This document shows positions 60,083-64,000 of a stretch of DNA of 64,000 bases, piece by piece (within the stretch, counting starts at the first letter, position 1; each line of letters opens with the position of its first letter). The notes beneath the pieces were generated by a model that was not told where the DNA came from, searched no databases, and saw only the letters and a program-made list of their open reading frames with translations. The stretch comes from a virus: positions 1-64,000 of IMG/VR virus record IMGVR_UViG_3300002835_000015; one strand, 5' to 3'. The translations under genes were made by a program, and so were the position numbers.

Positions 60083-63000
60083 ATGACTAATTTTTTTAAT
60101 TCAAGATCTGGATCTATTGTAAAGACTTATCACTATTATGTTACTTCTGATAAAAAGTTGCATGATATAGGATTAGCATCTTATACTAGAAATAGTTTAG
60201 AAAAGTTTGGTAAAAGGAAAAAAAACGGAGTAGAACAAAATGATCCAGATATTAGTGAATATTTAACCGGCGGTGTTGATAGCATCAAGCCAATACTTCG
60301 CGGTGATGGTAGAACACTAATTGTTTATAGATTTGACAAAGATACAAAAAGATATTTGTATACAACCAATAGTGCTACTGGTGAAGACAATATTTTTTGG
60401 ACCCCTAGTGGAGATATAGTATATACAAACCTAAAAACATTTCAAGAAAAATTTGATTTATATCAAAAGGGTTGGATCACAAATGATACAGAAGCTTTTA
60501 ATATTTCATATATTTGGTCAAAAATAAATACAAGCTTGTCTGGATGCATTAGTTTTCAAGCAAATGGATATAGTATTTTATCCCAAGCATCTAGCGGTAT
60601 TGTAAATATGTTTCTACAGTCTAAGGGAGATGGAAGTAACAGAGGGGTAGCTTTTCAAACACCAGTTATTGCTGGAGTTGCATCAACGGCTGGTGGTATA
60701 CAACACGCTTTTGGTATAAGCGAAACATTACCGCCGGGAGCTTTTTCTGCCCCAGATGTTGGCGGTGCTAAAAATCCAAATAATACAGTTGCTGGCCCGT
60801 TAAATTTACATCTTAATCGTGGAACCGGCAAGTGGGAATCTGGAACTACCCAAACATATTGTCAGATATTAGATGATGTGCCGGGAGTTCCATTGTCAGA
60901 CTTGCCTAGTAATGTAGATAATATAGACAATGAAACTTTAAAGTTACCATTTACAAGTGGTATTGCTATGGTAATGGAAACAGAAAAGGGCAATCCTCAT
61001 CTTTGTGTGCCATGTTCTATGGGGTGTAGCGTATCTGAAAAACACAAAATAACTGTAGTGAACAGAACCCCCAGAGCTTTTGTGAAAGGCGAAGTTATAT
61101 TAGCTAGTCAAATTAATGGAGATTGGGTTCCAGTACCATTGACTAATGGTGTATCGGTAGCGAAAAAATTAGTTTTTGAATGGTCACAAATACAAAAATA
61201 TATAGTAAATGCAAAAGGATTTTTTAGGAATATTAATGATGCCGGCCAGTTTATGGACAGAGAAGTATATACCGATACTATGAGAGCAAGATTTTATAAT
61301 ACTCTTCCAAGTACATCTTTTACCGATAATGCCCAATATAATAATTTGAGTAATTTAAGACTTCTTAACCTTGCTAAAGCAGAATCTGATAAATATGAAA
61401 TAACAAGTGGTGGCAGTATAAATATGAATGGAATAGATGACGCATCTTTGAACTCTCTTGGATTACAAACCTTACTAAATAACAGAGTTAGTTATAATTA
61501 CATGCAATTTTTTGATGCTGATATTATTGGTAAAGACTTGGGTGGAAACAATCTTGGAACTAAATTAAAGAATACGGTGATAGCAAAAACAGAACCAACT
61601 AGCTCAGATGGAGTTTCATCTGCAAGTGTGCCGACTAGTTGGGGCTTGTATTTTCCAGATGGATACTCAACAGCTAGTGTGGGAAGAACAATAACTAATA
61701 CCACTAGCGTTTCTCATTATAGCAGCTTAAACATTTATACTTCCTCAAGTCTTAATTTTGCAAAATATAGAAATACTGTACAAACAGATCAATTCAATCT
61801 AAAAGATATGTATTTTTATCATATGCCAGCACAAATGGCACTGAATGGTTCTGGAAATCAAAGTATAGATTACCAATTTTTTCCAATGACCTCTTCTTTT
61901 ACAAATGATGGTTTTTGTGATAAGATGATAAGATATATACAAAATCCAGTTAAGGGAGATTGGTTAAAAACTTCAACTGGTAAAAATTTATATGGATTGA
62001 CCCCCATAAATTCTACATCTGTTCAATTTACACCGCTATCATTAGAATTAGCATTATCTTCTACCAAAATCTTGGATAACGGACTTGGTGCTGTAATATA
62101 TCCAAATAATGGAGGATATAAAAAATTAAAAACTAATTTAAACAATATTAAAGCATATGGAATATATGCTACAGATGATTCATTTTTTGGTAAAGCTTGG
62201 GATCGTCTTCAAATTTCTGATGTTAATCTAGAATCAGACGGTTCAGTACTTGCAAAAATATCATTTGGAGACAGGTTAACAAATTTGGGATGGGGAAAAG
62301 AGAACTACGGTAAACTTGAGAATATAGGTAAGCCATTCCGTGGAGATAGACCAGACGGTGGACCAGATCTAATACCAACACAGGGAAACAGCATGGAAAG
62401 TTCTAATGTAGTAGGAATTATTGCTGCCAAAGCTACATTTTCACTTACTGCCGGTGGAGCAATAGAGTTAAAGACTAATAATAAATTCGGAATGCTTGCA
62501 TATAAACAGTCCACTATGGCAAATAGTAGTTTTTCAACTGTGTTCGGTGGTATAGCTGGTCTTTTTATTCAAGATAATAGTGGTCTTTCTAAAACATCTG
62601 ATAATGTTCAGTGGGGAGGAAGTCTTGGGGATGAAAAAGTACAAGATTTAGGAACAACTGCACTCTGGTGTGCCGTATATGATCACTGTCCAAATACCAT
62701 ATATGATGGAAGATATTTTGCACCACTTCAATTTAATCCTTCTGGCGCATCTGTAGACTTTGATGAAGTTAATCTTTCTGTTGGTCAAATTGTTGGTTTA
62801 GCTAATAAAACTATTCCAACAATTAAAAATAAAATTAGAAGAAACATGTTATTATCAAACGGTGGATTTGCATATGTTAAGAAAGTCATATCGGCTAATC
62901 CAGCTTCAATAAATATTAAAAAGGCTGGACGGGGTTACAGTGAAGGGGATAAAGTAGTTTTTAAAATTGGTGGTAAAGAAGCAGTATTTTTGGTATCACA

Positions 63001-63460
63001 AACTTCTGGTGGTGGTGGCATAGGAGGTTTAATTCCAGATCCAGACCTTGGAGTTGACGCATATGGCGAAACCGCTGATGGAGGAACTAGTAATCCATTT
63101 AAATCTGGAGTCATAAACGGAGTTATAACATCAAATAATGTTGATCCCGACCCCGACGCAAAAGCTGTAATAGAATTAAGTTCTGGTAAAGTCATAGAAA
63201 AACTATTAGTTGATAAGTTACAGTTTCATGGCTACAAAAAAGTTACCCCGTCTGATGCAAATGGAAAGGGTGATTCTGGAGGATTTGTTTATGGTAATAA
63301 AACTACAACTTTTTCATTACCAAAAAATAGTACTGGAAAATACGATTTATTCTTTTTCTTTGTAAGCGATATTGCTAATTATCCAGAAGGAGGAGTCCTT
63401 TGGGAAGGTGCTAGCGAACCGCAGGGAAGATATGTCAATCTAGAAATAACAACTATATAA
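60083..63460 (+). CDS. Large tail-associated protein (possible central spike/fibre)
   Basis: Follows the hub gene, AAGGA RBS, with an I...G.GY..GD motif near the C-terminus. Confidence 0.5.
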   Translation: MTNFFNSRSGSIVKTYHYYVTSDKKLHDIGLASYTRNSLEKFGKRKKNGVEQNDPDISEYLTGGVDSIKPILRGDGRTLIVYRFDKDTKRYLYTTNSATGEDNIFWTPSGDIVYTNLKTFQEKFDLYQKGWITNDTEAFNISYIWSKINTSLSGCISFQANGYSILSQASSGIVNMFLQSKGDGSNRGVAFQTPVIAGVASTAGGIQHAFGISETLPPGAFSAPDVGGAKNPNNTVAGPLNLHLNRGTGKWESGTTQTYCQILDDVPGVPLSDLPSNVDNIDNETLKLPFTSGIAMVMETEKGNPHLCVPCSMGCSVSEKHKITVVNRTPRAFVKGEVILASQINGDWVPVPLTNGVSVAKKLVFEWSQIQKYIVNAKGFFRNINDAGQFMDREVYTDTMRARFYNTLPSTSFTDNAQYNNLSNLRLLNLAKAESDKYEITSGGSINMNGIDDASLNSLGLQTLLNNRVSYNYMQFFDADIIGKDLGGNNLGTKLKNTVIAKTEPTSSDGVSSASVPTSWGLYFPDGYSTASVGRTITNTTSVSHYSSLNIYTSSSLNFAKYRNTVQTDQFNLKDMYFYHMPAQMALNGSGNQSIDYQFFPMTSSFTNDGFCDKMIRYIQNPVKGDWLKTSTGKNLYGLTPINSTSVQFTPLSLELALSSTKILDNGLGAVIYPNNGGYKKLKTNLNNIKAYGIYATDDSFFGKAWDRLQISDVNLESDGSVLAKISFGDRLTNLGWGKENYGKLENIGKPFRGDRPDGGPDLIPTQGNSMESSNVVGIIAAKATFSLTAGGAIELKTNNKFGMLAYKQSTMANSSFSTVFGGIAGLFIQDNSGLSKTSDNVQWGGSLGDEKVQDLGTTALWCAVYDHCPNTIYDGRYFAPLQFNPSGASVDFDEVNLSVGQIVGLANKTIPTIKNKIRRNMLLSNGGFAYVKKVISANPASINIKKAGRGYSEGDKVVFKIGGKEAVFLVSQTSGGGGIGGLIPDPDLGVDAYGETADGGTSNPFKSGVINGVITSNNVDPDPDAKAVIELSSGKVIEKLLVDKLQFHGYKKVTPSDANGKGDSGGFVYGNKTTTFSLPKNSTGKYDLFFFFVSDIANYPEGGVLWEGASEPQGRYVNLEITTI

Positions 63461-63465
63461 TAAAA

Positions 63466-63475
63466 GTGTATATTA
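63466..63475 (+). promoter_or_regulatory. Putative late promoter GTGTATATTA
   Basis: Intergenic, 31 nt before ATG 63507. Confidence 0.7.
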
Positions 63476-63506
63476 CTGTATAACCCACGAAAATAGGGAG
63501 AATTCT

Positions 63507-64000
63507 ATGGCTGAAATCAAATTTTATGGTAATTATGTAGCTTCATTGGATGAGAATCTAATAAGGCACGATTTAGGGTCTGGAATAGGATTTTATGGTC
63601 TAGACTTTGGAATTTCTGTTCCAATCGGCTCACAGCAAACATCAACTTGGATCACCAACTCTGATGGGACTGTTCCCGGCCCAAGATTGAACAATACAGC
63701 CAAAGTAGCCAGTGGTATTGGCAGCAGTAAAGGTACTGTCAGCATTAATGGTACTAATGCTATTGATTTAGATTTACTACCAAATTATTTATGCCCATTA
63801 AATATTAGATTCACTCATTCAACCCCAGTAAAAGTTCAAAATGGAAAATTAAGAATATTTGCTAGAAATGATGGAATTAGTAAGCCAGCCAGCGGAGTTA
63901 CAACTTGGGTTTATGAAGCTAGAAGACCAACATCTTCAACTAATCCAGCGTTAGGGAGTTTAAATCTCAGGGGGGTTTCAGATTTCGTGTGGGCAGAATT
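63507..64000 (+). CDS. Hypothetical structural protein, 3'-truncated (MAEIKFYGNYVASLDENLIRHDLGSGIGFYG...)
   Basis: GGGAG RBS, promoter motif upstream, and the frame stays open to the window end. Confidence 0.75.
   Translation, partial: MAEIKFYGNYVASLDENLIRHDLGSGIGFYGLDFGISVPIGSQQTSTWITNSDGTVPGPRLNNTAKVASGIGSSKGTVSINGTNAIDLDLLPNYLCPLNIRFTHSTPVKVQNGKLRIFARNDGISKPASGVTTWVYEARRPTSSTNPALGSLNLRGVSDFVWAE

Noticed and set aside
242-63195. Numerous minus-strand ORFs and short alternative-frame plus-strand ORFs in the track
   Set aside because: All overlap long plus-strand genes and lack recognisable motifs. Several (20072, 20125, 21495, 21716) are just shadows of coding repeats.
1-64000. Stop-codon reassignment as seen in some large phages
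   Set aside because: Genes are long and gap-free in code 11. TAG and TGA end genes cleanly, sometimes followed directly by TAA (15311-15316, 6673-6678).
1-64000. tRNA, rRNA, introns, inteins, integrase or transposase
   Set aside because: Intergenic gaps are too short for structured RNA genes, and no homing endonuclease, intein or recombinase motifs were noticed by eye.

Overview
This AT-rich window (roughly one-third GC by eye) is the virion morphogenesis region of a large tailed dsDNA phage (Caudoviricetes). It is probably a long, non-contractile-tailed type, since no tail sheath gene is visible. All real genes lie on the + strand, tightly packed, in the standard genetic code. Gene order: portal (5'-truncated), a fibre/adhesin cassette, prohead protease-scaffold, capsid decoration, major capsid, a second accessory cassette (Cys-rich and mucin-stalked proteins), head-tail joining and more fibres, tail terminator, major tail protein, three chaperone-position genes, a 2307-aa tape measure, very large tail-tip proteins, and a 3'-truncated gene. 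A GTGTATA(A/T)(T/C) motif precedes most gene blocks and is probably a phage late promoter. The main findings are: (1) the tape measure has three copies of a lambda-gpH-like [FY]AxGG...GEFV module bracketing cargo domains, one with a PD-(D/E)xK nuclease-like signature; (2) a cassette with a five-times YYCV 'hub' is followed by proteins sharing a 3-Cys N-terminal module, one of which carries a nucleotidyltransferase on a 16x VAPTTTT stalk; (3) a circularly permuted FGE/C-type-lectin domain has a DGR-variable-region-like codon signature; (4) two tail chaperone paralogues plus a leader-ORF/hairpin may replace the usual G/GT frameshift; (5) a tail protein has an integrin-like FG-GAP propeller with a vWA-like insertion. 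All functional calls come from motif recognition and synteny by eye; no searches were run.
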